Below are positions 20,801-30,129 of a stretch of 64,000 nt of DNA, piece by piece. Each line of letters starts with the position of its first letter. The stretch's first letter is position 1. The stretch is taken from assembly GCF_965197445.1 (NCBI RefSeq), contig NZ_CBDANE010000005.1, positions 1,458,992-1,522,991 on the forward strand. The letters run 5' to 3'. Source of the stretch: Candidatus Palauibacter sp. (lineage in GTDB: Bacteria; Gemmatimonadota; Gemmatimonadetes; Palauibacterales; Palauibacteraceae). The notes under the pieces are model-generated. The model worked only from the letters and a program-made list of their open reading frames with translations, made no database searches and was not told the origin of the DNA. The position numbers were made by a program, and so were the translations under genes.

Positions 20801-20820
20801 CGTACGACCTCCCGGACTAG
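17809..20820 (+). CDS. Mo-bisPGD (DMSO reductase family) catalytic subunit
   Basis: CFNCESAC..NCAKG FS0 motif, SHTNIC, ADYVLP, TPSGKLEF, HTRS; no twin-arginine signal. Confidence 0.93.
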   Translation: MSDLGGPGSNGAGSDSDGLSRRLDTLNERVSAARSETERRGETFYPGPSRAHLAAFPPRERWDHWVELDSKAWPERRERRYMLVPTTCFNCESACGLLAYVDRDTLEVRKFEGNPEHPGSRGRNCAKGPATLNQIVDPDRVLYPLKRAGARGEGKWVRVSWEEALSDISTRIRKALDEGRQREIMYHVGRPGEDGFTERLLAAWGVDGHNSHTNICSSSARAGYQFWMGMDRPSPDHARADVILLVSSHLEAGHYFNPHAQRIIDGVKKGARLIVFDTRLSNTATHADHWLPTQPGSEAAVLLAIANHLITTGAWDREFVRRWFNWKEYLAAEKPELPRTFESFETALRELYEGCTFEWAAEESGVDAAQLREVAEIVARAGSRLSTHNWRSAASGNEGGWQVARTLFFLNALTGSVATPGGTYPSTWNKFIPKPIRMPRHPDHWNELTWPEEYPLAMYEVSFLLPHLLKEGRGKLDVYFTRVYNPVWTNPDGFTWIEALTDEEKVGLHVALTPTWNESAYFADYVLPMGHGPERHDLHSYETHDGQWIAFRQPVLRTARQRLGEQVADTRHTNPGEVWEENEFWLELSWRIDPDGSRGIREFVESKENPGQRLTVDEYYGWIFDHSVPGLPEAAEADGLSPLEYMRRYGAFEVARDIGPLYEEHVPVEEFLDPREDEFGRIYTRASSPAVVNLAPMGTPDSDPEGRRPVGVRAPDGSIRRGFPTPSGKLEFYSPTLVEWGWPEYAVPAYIRSHVHPAAMEPDQMCLISTFRLPVQIHTRSANSKWLDEIAHTNPLWLHTTDARRIDVKTGDLVRVETEIGHFVLKAWVTEGIKPGVVACSHHMGRWKLADGANVGEPGRAGRGEREGTGAQRQLMATVDLSEDLHGWKLSRKRGAAPYETEDPDTSRIWWTDVGVHQNLTFPVHPDPVSGMHCWHQAVRVVKASRRDRHGDIHVDTDKAHRVYRNWLQKTRGARQHSPDGTRRPHWLIRPVRPAREAYDLPD

Positions 20821-20823
20821 ACG

Positions 20824-21732
20824 ATGGAATTGTTCCGTGCGCTCGGCGCGCTGCTCGATGCCCCCTGCTCCGAGAACCGTCTCATCGGCCATCTCCTGGA
20901 GCTGGGTTCGGTGCCGGACGAGCCCACGCACAATGAACTGTTCCTGTTCCAGCTCTACCCGTACGCCTCCGCCTTCCTGGGCACGGACGGCCGCCTCGGC
21001 GGAGACGCGCGCGACCGGGTCGCCGGGTTCTGGCGCGCCCTCGAGACGGACCCGCCACCGGAACCGGATCACCTTCGGGCGCTGCTCGGAGGCTACGCCG
21101 CGCTGATCGAGGCCGAGCAGGAAGCGACGGGGCGGGCGGTGACGGCCTGGCGCGACGCGCGGCGCGCCTTCCTCTGGGAGCACATGCTCTCGTGGGTTCT
21201 CCCCTTTCTCGCCAAGCTCCGCCAGATCGCGCCGCCGTTCTATCGACGATGGGCGGACACCCTGGAGGCGCTTCTCTCCAGAGAGTCCGCTCACCTCGGA
21301 CCCCCGACCCGACACCCCCTCGCGTTCCGGGAATCGAGCCCGGTGCCTGATCCCCGAACCGACGGAAGCACCGGCTTCATGTCCGCGCTGCTGAGTCCGG
21401 TTCGGAGCGGTCTCGTGCTCACGCGAGCCGACCTCGCGCGGGCCACGCGCGATCTCGGCCTGGGGCTCCGGGTTGGCGAGCGGGCCTACATCCTCCGATC
21501 CATGATGTCGCAGGGGCCGCGCGCGACCCTCGGCTGGCTCGCGCGGGAGGCACGAGAATGGGCACACCTGCACGATCGTGCAGGCGCCGCCGCCCCGGAG
21601 GTCGCCGATTTCTGGACCGAACGGGCACACGCGACCAGCCGGCTCCTCGACGCCCTCAGGGCCGATGTCGTCCGGCCCGCGCAGGTGTTCGATCCTCCGG
21701 CAGCAGTCCAGCAAGAGAGGCCCCGAGGATGA
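20824..21732 (+). CDS. TorD/DmsD family maturation chaperone
   Basis: PYASAFL, EPDHL and FLWEHMLSW motifs; directly follows the Mo enzyme. Confidence 0.88.
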   Translation: MELFRALGALLDAPCSENRLIGHLLELGSVPDEPTHNELFLFQLYPYASAFLGTDGRLGGDARDRVAGFWRALETDPPPEPDHLRALLGGYAALIEAEQEATGRAVTAWRDARRAFLWEHMLSWVLPFLAKLRQIAPPFYRRWADTLEALLSRESAHLGPPTRHPLAFRESSPVPDPRTDGSTGFMSALLSPVRSGLVLTRADLARATRDLGLGLRVGERAYILRSMMSQGPRATLGWLAREAREWAHLHDRAGAAAPEVADFWTERAHATSRLLDALRADVVRPAQVFDPPAAVQQERPRG

Positions 21733-22928
21733 CCGACCCCTCCAGGAAGCCGCCCCTCGACCCGGCGCGTTTCCGGGCCGTCTTCCTCCTCCTGCTCGTC
21801 GTCGGGATCAGCCTCCTGTTCCTCGAGATGATCCGGCCCTTCCTGACGGCGCTCTTCCTCGGGGCGATCCTGAGCGGTCTCCTGTACCCGGCCTACCGGG
21901 CGCTGGGCCGGTGGTTCGGCGGGAGGGAGGGGCTGGCCTCCGTCGCCGCGCTCATGCTGTTCGTCTTCCTCCTCCTCGCGCCCACAGCCGCGTTCCTCGG
22001 GATCGTCGCGAATCAGGCCGTGCACGTGACGCAGTCGGCGGGTCCCTGGATCGAGGAAATGCAGGCTCGGCTGCGGGAGCCGGGCGGGATCGACCGGCTC
22101 ATCGACGGGATTCCGTGGATGGAGTCCCTGCGTCCGTATCAGGATCAGGTCGTCCAGAAGCTCGGCGAAGTCGCGGGCTCCATGGGCGGCTTTGTCGTTC
22201 AGGGGCTGACCGGAATCACGACCGCCACGGTGCGGATCGTCTTCCTGCTCTTCGTGATGCTGTACGCCATGTTCTTCTTCCTCAAGGACGGACGCGGTGT
22301 GCTGCACAAGGTCCTCTACTACCTCCCCCTGTCCGACGAAGACGAGAAGCGGATGCTCGATCGGTTCGTCTCCGTGACTCGCGCGATGGTCAAGGGGACG
22401 TTCCTCATCGGGATCGTGCAGGGCGGACTCGCCGGGCTCGCCTTCTGGGTGGTGGGGATCCCCTCGGCCGCGTTCTGGGGTACGGTCATGGCGGTGCTGT
22501 CGATCGTCCCCGGCGTCGGGTCCGCGCTCGTGTGGCTTCCCGCGGCGATCTACCTGCTCGCCTCAGGTCAGACGATCGCGGGGATCGGATTGATCCTGTG
22601 GTGCGGCCTCGTGGTGGGGACGCTGGACAACCTTATGCGGCCATGGCTGGTGGGACGCGACACCCGCATGCCCGACCTCATGATCCTGCTGGGGACGCTC
22701 GGCGGGCTGTTCGCGTTCGGGATGGCCGGTGTGCTGATCGGGCCCATCGTCGCGGCGCTCTTCATCACCGTGTGGGAACTGTACGGCGAGTCCTTCCAGG
22801 ACATCCTGCCCGCCACCGCCTTCGCCACCGCCGCCGCCGACGAGATCGACAGCGAGATCGACAGCATGGACGACGTGCCGGACCCCGAGGTGCCGGCCGA
22901 TCCGGAGCCCGACCGACCCGAGGCCTAG
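21729..22928 (+). CDS. AI-2E family transporter
   Basis: FFFLKDG, IVPGVGSALVWLP, DNLMRP, GVLIGP. Confidence 0.92.
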   Translation: MTDPSRKPPLDPARFRAVFLLLLVVGISLLFLEMIRPFLTALFLGAILSGLLYPAYRALGRWFGGREGLASVAALMLFVFLLLAPTAAFLGIVANQAVHVTQSAGPWIEEMQARLREPGGIDRLIDGIPWMESLRPYQDQVVQKLGEVAGSMGGFVVQGLTGITTATVRIVFLLFVMLYAMFFFLKDGRGVLHKVLYYLPLSDEDEKRMLDRFVSVTRAMVKGTFLIGIVQGGLAGLAFWVVGIPSAAFWGTVMAVLSIVPGVGSALVWLPAAIYLLASGQTIAGIGLILWCGLVVGTLDNLMRPWLVGRDTRMPDLMILLGTLGGLFAFGMAGVLIGPIVAALFITVWELYGESFQDILPATAFATAAADEIDSEIDSMDDVPDPEVPADPEPDRPEA

Positions 22929-22941
22929 GGCAGCGGACCGC

Positions 22942-24342
22942 ATGATGACCTCTGCCCCAGGCGTGCTGGACCGGCTCCGCGACGGCGGTGCGGCCCTCTC
23001 CCGCGTGACGGAACGCTGGGTGCCCGACGCCTGGGTCATCCTCATGTCGCTGACCGTAGTCGCGCTCGTCCTCGCGGTCACCGGAGGCGGGGCGACGATC
23101 CCCGAAGCTGGGCTGGCGTGGGGTACAGGCGTCTGGACGCTGCTCGAGTTGGCAATGCAGTTCTCCATCGCCATGGTGGCTGCCCACGCCTGCGCCTCGT
23201 CGCCACCGGTCTACCGGTTGCTCAATCGCCTCGCGAGCCTCCCGAACCCCGAGCGACCCGTCCAGGCCGTCGCCCTCGCCGCCGGGTTCTCCATGACCGC
23301 CGGCTATCTCAACTGGGCGTTCGGGCTCGTGGGTTCCGCGCTCTTCGTCCCGTTCATCCTCAAGCGCAACCCCCGCGCCGACGTGCGCCTCGTCATCGCC
23401 GCGGCGTACATGGGCATCGGGACCGTGTGGCAGAGCGGCCTCTCCAGCTCCGCGCCGCTCATCCTCGCCACCCCCGGCAACCCACTGCTCGAGCCCGGCA
23501 CCGGGACTCCCGTCGTGGACCGGCTGTATCCCGTCACGGAGACGCTGTTCAATCCGTTCAACCTCGGGTACGCCGTCGCCATGCTGCTCGTCGGACTCGT
23601 CGCCGCGATGGCGCTGCACCCGCGCCGCGATGTCGTCACCCTCACCGAGGCGGAAGTCGAGGAGATCCTGCCCGCGCCACCGCCACGCGCGCGGCCGGCG
23701 ACCACGCCCGCCCAGCGACTGGACCGCTTCCGCGGCTGGACGATCCTTGCCGCCGCGCTGTTCGCGTACCCGCTCATCCACTCGATCATCACCCGCGGCT
23801 TCGGCGCGAGCTGGACCATCAACGCGTACAACACGGTTTTCCTCCTCTCGGCGCTGCTCCTGCACGGCCGCCCGCTGTCGTTCCTGCGGGCCTGCCGCGA
23901 CGGCGTGGGGGCCGCCTGGGGGGTCATCCTCCAGTTCCCGTTCTACGCCGGCATCTTCGGCGTCATCCAGAATACGAACCTCGGGAGCTGGCTCGGAGAG
24001 CAGTTCGCGGAGGTCGGCTCGACCCGGCTCTATCCGCTCGTGGTCTACTTCTACTCGGGCATCATGAGCCTCTTCATCCCCTCGGCCGGTTCCAAGTGGA
24101 TGATCGAGGCGCCGTATGTGATCCCGGCCGGCGAAGTCCTCGACGTCTCGGTGATGACGACGCTGCTCGCCTACGCCTACGGAGACTCCGCCTTCAACCT
24201 CATCCACCCGTTCTGGGCGCTCCCGATTCTCGCCGTGACGCGGCGGCGCTTCGGGGAGGTGCTGGGGTACGCCTTCCTCATCTGGCTCGCGACGATCCTC
24301 CTCGGCATCGTGACGATGCTGGTCATCCCCACGAGGTGGTGA
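22942..24342 (+). CDS. atoE: Short-chain fatty acid transporter
   Basis: ERWVPDAW, LELAMQ, GLSSSAPL, QFPFYAGI, FIPSAG, AYGD..NLIHPFWALP. Confidence 0.88.
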   Translation: MMTSAPGVLDRLRDGGAALSRVTERWVPDAWVILMSLTVVALVLAVTGGGATIPEAGLAWGTGVWTLLELAMQFSIAMVAAHACASSPPVYRLLNRLASLPNPERPVQAVALAAGFSMTAGYLNWAFGLVGSALFVPFILKRNPRADVRLVIAAAYMGIGTVWQSGLSSSAPLILATPGNPLLEPGTGTPVVDRLYPVTETLFNPFNLGYAVAMLLVGLVAAMALHPRRDVVTLTEAEVEEILPAPPPRARPATTPAQRLDRFRGWTILAAALFAYPLIHSIITRGFGASWTINAYNTVFLLSALLLHGRPLSFLRACRDGVGAAWGVILQFPFYAGIFGVIQNTNLGSWLGEQFAEVGSTRLYPLVVYFYSGIMSLFIPSAGSKWMIEAPYVIPAGEVLDVSVMTTLLAYAYGDSAFNLIHPFWALPILAVTRRRFGEVLGYAFLIWLATILLGIVTMLVIPTRW

Positions 24343-24346
24343 CGTC

Positions 24347-24844
24347 ATGAAGACGCTCCTCATCCTCCGGCACGCCAAGTCGTCCTGGGACCATCCGCGA
24401 CTCAGCGACCACGACCGGCCTCTGAACGGGCGCGGGAACCGCGATGCGCCCCGGATGGGACGCCTGCTCGTGGACCGGGATCTCGTGCCGGAACGCATCG
24501 TGAGTTCGACCGCCGTGCGGGCGCGTTCGACCGCGGAACTCGCGGCGGCCGAATTCGATCGCGAGGTGGAGATCGAGACCACGAGGCGCCTCTACCTCGC
24601 GTCCCCGGACAGCTACGTCGAAGTCGTCGAGACGATGGGGGAAACGGCCGAGCGCCTGATGGTGGTCGGACACAACCCCGGCATCTCCGCTCTCGTCATG
24701 GGGTTGACGGGCGAAGTCGAATTCATGCCCACCGCCGCCCTCGCTGTGGTGGACCTGGACATCGGCGACTGGGCCGATCTGGGTTCCGCGGAGCGGGGCC
24801 GGCTGATCGCTTTCTGGCGGCCCAAGGCGCTCCCGCGCGACTGA
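24347..24844 (+). CDS. sixA: SixA-type phosphohistidine phosphatase
   Basis: LRHAKSSW, DHDRPLN.RG, SSTAVRA, VGHNP. Confidence 0.88.
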   Translation: MKTLLILRHAKSSWDHPRLSDHDRPLNGRGNRDAPRMGRLLVDRDLVPERIVSSTAVRARSTAELAAAEFDREVEIETTRRLYLASPDSYVEVVETMGETAERLMVVGHNPGISALVMGLTGEVEFMPTAALAVVDLDIGDWADLGSAERGRLIAFWRPKALPRD

Positions 24845-24979
24845 AGTGCCCGGCGATGGCCGAACAACGTTCCCGCGGGAACGTCCAGCCACGGCCTGGG
24901 ATCCCTTCCCCGCTCCCGAGGCTCCGGCATAGCTTCCGGGATGTCCCGAAACGTGCCGACCTGAGCGGAGGATGTCCCG

Positions 24980-26446
24980 ATGACGCGACCTTCGATCCAC
25001 TTCCGGGCCGCCGCGGCGGCGCTCGCCCTTCTCCTGCTTTCCGGCGTTCGGGCCGAAGCCCAGGAGACGGCCGCACAGGATCCCGGGGTCGCCGAGGCCC
25101 TCCACCTGCTCGACGTCTGGATGGATGCGGCGCAGGCCTTCGGCGGGATCCCCGGCGCCTCGCTCGCCGTCGTGCACGACCAGGAACTGGTGTGGGCGAA
25201 GGGATATGGCTACGCGCACGTGGAGCGCCGGGAGCCGGCCGCCCCGTCGACGATGTATTCGATCTGCTCCATCTCGAAGCTCTTCACCTCCGTGGGCGTG
25301 CTGCAACTGCGCGACCAGGGGAAACTGGCGCTGGACGACCCGGTGGCGAAGCACCTCGAGTGGTTCACGATCAAGGACGTCTTCCCCGAGGCGGGACCCG
25401 TCACGATCGAAGGGCTCCTCACCCACTCTTCCGGTCTCCCGCGCGAGGCCGCGGCTCCGTACTGGACCGGCCCCGACTATCCCTTCCCGACGCACGACGA
25501 GATCGTCGAGAGGGTTTCGTCACAGGCGATGCTCTATCCGCCCCGGACGTACTTCCAGTACTCGAACCTGGCGCTCACCCTGGCGGGGGAAACCGTCGCG
25601 GCGGTGTCGGGACATTCGTTCGACGACTACGTGCGCGCGAACATCCTCGACCCGCTCGGCATGTCCAGCACCTTCACCGACCTGGAGGACCGTTTCCGGG
25701 GGAACCGGCTGGCCAGCGGATACACGGCGCGGGGGCGCGACGGCGAGCGCGGGCTCGTGCCCGACTACTGGGTGCGCGGCATCAGTCCGGCCGCCGGGTT
25801 CATCTCGACGGTGGAAGATCTGGGGCGCTTCGCCTCCTGGCAGTTCCGCGTTCTCGACGGCGACGACGCGCTGCTCGACCGCAACACACTGCGCGAGATG
25901 CACCGCGTCCACTGGCTCGAACCGGACGGCGAAACCACCTACGGGCTGGGCTTCTCCGTGTGGAAGTCCGACGGCGACACCTTCGTGGGGCACGGAGGCT
26001 CGTGCCCGGGCTACCGGAGCCAACTCCTGCTGCGGCCGCAGGACCGGATCGCCACCACGTTCATGACGAACGGCCAGGGGGTCAACGCGCGCAGTTTCGC
26101 CCAGACCGCATTCGACATCATGGCTCCCGCGCTGCGGCGCGCGGCGAAGGGGGAGTCGGCCACGACCGCCGACGCGGCGCTGCAGCGTTACACCGGCACC
26201 TACCAGCGCCCTCTGGGCGGCGAGAGCGCCGTGCTCGTCTGGGACGGCGACCTGCACGTGCTGTCGCTCCCGTCGGGCAACCCGCTCGACGCGATGGAGC
26301 GGCTCCGCCACATCGAGGGCGACACCTTCCGCCGCGTGCGGGACAACGGCGACCTGGGAGAGGAGTTCATCTTCGAGGAGATGCCGGACGGCGCGATGCG
26401 CATGTGGCGCAACAACAACTTCAGCGTGCGACCGGCCGGCTTGTGA
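24980..26446 (+). CDS. Secreted serine hydrolase (beta-lactamase/AmpC-like fold) with C-terminal extension
   Basis: Signal peptide; SISK (SxxK), LLTHSSGL, YSN and GHGG motifs. Confidence 0.9.
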   Translation: MTRPSIHFRAAAAALALLLLSGVRAEAQETAAQDPGVAEALHLLDVWMDAAQAFGGIPGASLAVVHDQELVWAKGYGYAHVERREPAAPSTMYSICSISKLFTSVGVLQLRDQGKLALDDPVAKHLEWFTIKDVFPEAGPVTIEGLLTHSSGLPREAAAPYWTGPDYPFPTHDEIVERVSSQAMLYPPRTYFQYSNLALTLAGETVAAVSGHSFDDYVRANILDPLGMSSTFTDLEDRFRGNRLASGYTARGRDGERGLVPDYWVRGISPAAGFISTVEDLGRFASWQFRVLDGDDALLDRNTLREMHRVHWLEPDGETTYGLGFSVWKSDGDTFVGHGGSCPGYRSQLLLRPQDRIATTFMTNGQGVNARSFAQTAFDIMAPALRRAAKGESATTADAALQRYTGTYQRPLGGESAVLVWDGDLHVLSLPSGNPLDAMERLRHIEGDTFRRVRDNGDLGEEFIFEEMPDGAMRMWRNNNFSVRPAGL

Positions 26447-27083
26447 CCGAGAGGGTGTAGACGAGGTCGTCGAGCGGGGAGTCGTCGCCGCTCCCCGAGT
26501 TCGCGGCCACGTGCAGCACGATGGGCGCCTCCGTCTCGGGGGCGCGCCATTCGAACGTCCATTCCGCGACGTCGTCGGCCGGTCTTGACCCGGCCCGCGT
26601 GTGCTGGACGTAGTCCGTGTCGGCGTCCTCCGCCCACACCACGGTGACCCTGTCGTCGAGCGGCCGGATCTCGCCGGCCCCGGTGCCTCGGTGCTCCCCG
26701 TAATCGAACCGGAACGACGCCTGGAAGCCGGCCGAGAGCATCTCGAAGCTCTCGAGGCGGATCGTCACGGGATGGCGCTGGCCCGGACGGTAGCCGTCCT
26801 CGAGGCCGAGCACCTCCAGCGTGGAGCCCGGTTCGTTGAGCGGCGCGCCGATGTGACAGGTGGCGCAGGTCGGCTCCCCGAAGCCCCCCGTGTGGCCCGC
26901 AGGCGGCCCCTCGATGTGCGCGACGCTCGGCTCGGATTCCGGGTTCGCCACCGGGCTCGCCACCGGGCTCGCAGCGACCGTGGCCATCGCAAAGAGGCCC
27001 GCAGCGCACAGCGTGGCCGCGGGCCTCCCGATGGAACCGCTGATCCTCACGGCGCGCCCCGGAGCGCCCGCCGCCAAGGACAC
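26421..27083 (-). CDS. Secreted Reeler-like (choice-of-anchor V type) protein with a CxxCH motif
   Basis: GPPAGHTGGFGEPTCATCH, WTFEWRAP and AANSG motifs; start uncertain. Confidence 0.7.
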   Translation of the reverse strand: MSLAAGAPGRAVRISGSIGRPAATLCAAGLFAMATVAASPVASPVANPESEPSVAHIEGPPAGHTGGFGEPTCATCHIGAPLNEPGSTLEVLGLEDGYRPGQRHPVTIRLESFEMLSAGFQASFRFDYGEHRGTGAGEIRPLDDRVTVVWAEDADTDYVQHTRAGSRPADDVAEWTFEWRAPETEAPIVLHVAANSGSGDDSPLDDLVYTLSVTSRPVAR

Positions 27084-27093
27084 GCCCCACGCA

Positions 27094-28152
27094 TCAGCGT
27101 GTGCGCGGCGACACCACGGCCCGCCCGACCGTGTTCACGTCGGTGCCGAACCAGATCGAGTCCGTATCCGGGTCGTAGTACATGTGCCGGATCGTGCCGC
27201 CGCCGCTCGGCACGTCGAGCATGCCCAGGAACTCCTCGGTCTCGGTGTCGAAGCCCACGAACCGGTTCGGCTGGATCCCCGTCTCGACCAGCCACACACG
27301 GTCGTACTTGTCGATCGCCACCCCGTAGGGACGCGACTCCGCGCCGGCCGGCAGGTCGTACTCGCGCTGGAAGCCGCCACCCTCGACCACGAGGCCGATC
27401 TTTCCGCGGCTGTAGTCGACATACCAGATCCGGTCCTTCGAGTCGATGACCAGCCGACGAGGCCGCGACCCCTCAGGCAGGTCGTAGCCGATGAGTTCGA
27501 ACGAGGCCGGCTCCACCATCCCGATCAGGTTTGTGTTGAAGTGCGCGATCCAGGGTCGGTTTTCCGAGTCGAGCTTGACTCCGTAGGGACGGCTCGAGCC
27601 CAAGCCGCGACGCGTCTCCACCTCGGGCGCCTCGACCAGCCGCACGTCTCGCGATTCCTTGTCGAGGAAGCCGATCAGGTTCCCCCCCTGCACGGAAAAC
27701 CAGATGTCGCCGTTGTCATCCCAGATCAGCGTGTGCGGATCCCGCGCGCGCTCGTCCGGCATCATGATCTTGTCGATCTCGCCCGTGGCCGGGTCGATGA
27801 TCCCGATGTGGTTCGCCCGGTTTCCGGCGTAATAGACCATCCCGTCTTCGTCGACGATCAGGTTGTGGGGTCCCGTGCCGTCCTCCATGTCGTAGCGCTT
27901 GAACTCGCCGCTGGCAGGATCGAACACGGCGGCATAGTGCGCAGCCTGCCCGACGAACCACACCCGGCCGTCCGGAGCCACGAACGGGTCGCGTGGACGG
28001 CTCTCGTCGTAGGGCACCGTCCATTCATCGATCGTGAGAAGGTCGGCGGCCGCCGTATGCTCCTGGGCCGTTGCGGTCCCTGAGCCGACGATGGCCGCCA
28101 TGGCCGCGAACCCTGCGGCCGCGAGCGCGGTTGCCCGAATTCGATGGGTCAT
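27094..28152 (-). CDS. Secreted Vgb-like (virginiamycin B lyase fold) beta-propeller
   Basis: Signal peptide; repeated RPRDP/GPHNL/RDPHTL/RPYGV blades followed by WF/WY. Confidence 0.85.
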   Translation of the reverse strand: MTHRIRATALAAAGFAAMAAIVGSGTATAQEHTAAADLLTIDEWTVPYDESRPRDPFVAPDGRVWFVGQAAHYAAVFDPASGEFKRYDMEDGTGPHNLIVDEDGMVYYAGNRANHIGIIDPATGEIDKIMMPDERARDPHTLIWDDNGDIWFSVQGGNLIGFLDKESRDVRLVEAPEVETRRGLGSSRPYGVKLDSENRPWIAHFNTNLIGMVEPASFELIGYDLPEGSRPRRLVIDSKDRIWYVDYSRGKIGLVVEGGGFQREYDLPAGAESRPYGVAIDKYDRVWLVETGIQPNRFVGFDTETEEFLGMLDVPSGGGTIRHMYYDPDTDSIWFGTDVNTVGRAVVSPRTR

Positions 28153-28189
28153 CTCCGTGCCTCCTCGATCATGGTTTCCGGGGTCCTGT

Positions 28190-29644
28190 TCAGGAAGACG
28201 CCTGATCGCGCGAAACCGTTGATTTCCGCGCCCCCCGCACCTTCGGCGTCAGATAGATATTGGCGGTCAGGCGACCGAACAGGAAGCCCGTGAAGGCGGC
28301 GGTGGCACCGACCCAGCCCAGCCCCCACCCGACGGCGACGAACACCGCGGCCACGGCCACGATCTCCGCCGCCGTGGCGACGATGATCGGGCCCGTCGTC
28401 CGATTCCGGATCAGCGTACCGCGCTGCAGCGACAGCACCACGCCGAGGAAGGGTACCGGCGTAAGGACGCGGGCCGCCGGGATCGCGAAGGACGCCAGTT
28501 CCGGTGTGAGGCCCGACACATGGACAAACCAGAGGTGAGAGAGCGGCGTGAAGGCGATGAGCCCGAGGACGCCGGAGAGTCCCGCGCCGAGGCCGATGGC
28601 AAAGCGGCGGATCTCCGCGTAGCCCTGGTTGCGGCGTCCGAGCAGGGCGATCACCGCGTCCTGGAAGCTGAGGCCCACGGCACGGAAGATGAACCCGAGC
28701 GAGTGCACGACAGGAAACACCGCCAGCGATTCGACGGGCGAGGCGGCACGGCCCATGAAGAAGGTCAGCATGGGCTGGATGGCGATCCCGATGAGCGACG
28801 TGAGCATCAGGGGGAGGTAGAAGCGCCCGATCTCGGAGAAACGCAGTTCTCCGCCTTCCGCCGGCCCGGCCGAGGGGTCCGCCGTCGAGACGCCGACCCG
28901 GCCGATCTCCGCGATGTCGTGCGGATCGGCCGAGACCGGCGGTCGGCCGACCCCGGCAGCCCCGCGGTGGGCCGGGCCGAGCAGGGCCCCGATCGCGCCC
29001 CGGGCCATCCAGCGGGCCGCGACCGCCTCCACGACCACGCCGAACGACAGCGCGGAGGCACCGACCGAGGCGCCCGGCAGGTCCGTGGAGACGGCAAGCG
29101 CGATCGCCGCCGCCGACATGGCGACCAGCCGTACGACGGTCCCGCCCGCCACGAGCCGCGTGCGGCCCGACCGGATCAGGACCCCCTGCCAGAAGCGCCG
29201 GTAGCCGATCGCGGCCGGCCAGGGCAGGAAGCACCACAGCGCGCCGTACGTCAGGCGGGCCAGATCCTCGGGCAGTCCGAGCACGCCGATCATGAGCCAG
29301 CCGTGAACCGGCGGCACGAGCACGACGAGCAGCATCACCGTCGAGAAGGCGTTCAGTCCGTGCGCGAACGTCCGCAGCCTCCGGTACGAGACCGCGTCCT
29401 CCACCAGCGCGGTCGAGGCGCTGAGCAGCATGATGACCGGCGCCTCCATGAGCACGGCCATCGCGATCGCGACGCCGTACGCCGCCAGCCCCAGCGTGGG
29501 CTCGGGCAGCCGCGCCACGACCGCCGCCAGATAGGGCCCCTCGACCGCCATCATCACCCACGTGGCGGCGAGCGGCGCCCAGAACGCGAGGATGCGGCGC
29601 GGGGACAGGTCCGTCGCGGCCCGGGCCATGGAGTTGGAGGGCAC
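28190..29644 (-). CDS. MATE/MOP-superfamily membrane protein, ANKH-like
   Basis: About 12 TM helices in two halves (FWAPLA / FYLPLM); LAAYGVA motif. Confidence 0.7.
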   Translation of the reverse strand: MPSNSMARAATDLSPRRILAFWAPLAATWVMMAVEGPYLAAVVARLPEPTLGLAAYGVAIAMAVLMEAPVIMLLSASTALVEDAVSYRRLRTFAHGLNAFSTVMLLVVLVPPVHGWLMIGVLGLPEDLARLTYGALWCFLPWPAAIGYRRFWQGVLIRSGRTRLVAGGTVVRLVAMSAAAIALAVSTDLPGASVGASALSFGVVVEAVAARWMARGAIGALLGPAHRGAAGVGRPPVSADPHDIAEIGRVGVSTADPSAGPAEGGELRFSEIGRFYLPLMLTSLIGIAIQPMLTFFMGRAASPVESLAVFPVVHSLGFIFRAVGLSFQDAVIALLGRRNQGYAEIRRFAIGLGAGLSGVLGLIAFTPLSHLWFVHVSGLTPELASFAIPAARVLTPVPFLGVVLSLQRGTLIRNRTTGPIIVATAAEIVAVAAVFVAVGWGLGWVGATAAFTGFLFGRLTANIYLTPKVRGARKSTVSRDQASS

Positions 29645-29674
29645 GAAGCGGCGTTTACTCCGGAATCACAGGAA

Positions 29675-30010
29675 TTATGGCGAGCGACGCCTATTGATCT
29701 GGTAGGCAAGTTCGCTGAAAAAGAACCCCAGCCCGGCGATCATTGCGATGATGCCCGCGACACCAACCGAGACCGCCAACGGCACGGTGAGCACGTTCCA
29801 CGCGGCTTCCGCCGAGTGGACCCATCGATCCAGCACGTCGGCCACCTCGCGGAGCTGGAAGTATCCCCAGGGGACGAACCACCACCCCCACCAGGCACGG
29901 TTCGGTTTCCCGACGCCCGATTTCGCGAGCAGCCACCGCCCGAAGCCGGCCCAGGCGAGCGCTGTAACCGGAAGCCAGATCACGGTTGCGAGGACGATCC
30001 ACGGATTCAT
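29675..30010 (-). CDS. Small hypothetical membrane protein
   Basis: 111 aa Trp-rich protein with 2-3 hydrophobic segments; GAGGTG SD. Confidence 0.6.
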   Translation of the reverse strand: MNPWIVLATVIWLPVTALAWAGFGRWLLAKSGVGKPNRAWWGWWFVPWGYFQLREVADVLDRWVHSAEAAWNVLTVPLAVSVGVAGIIAMIAGLGFFFSELAYQINRRRSP

Positions 30011-30129
30011 CAGTCACCTCGTTTGGGCGAAAAGGATCCGGCACACGTCGCGGCCCGGTCTACCCACGCTGCAACGTCGCCATCGGATTGGATACCCGCC
30101 ACATGTCGCCGTTCATCGCGAAGCAGATG

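Noticed and set aside
24980-28152. Antibiotic-resistance genes (beta-lactamase, vgb)
   Set aside because: Only fold-level similarity; these secreted families are widespread and there is no evidence of resistance function
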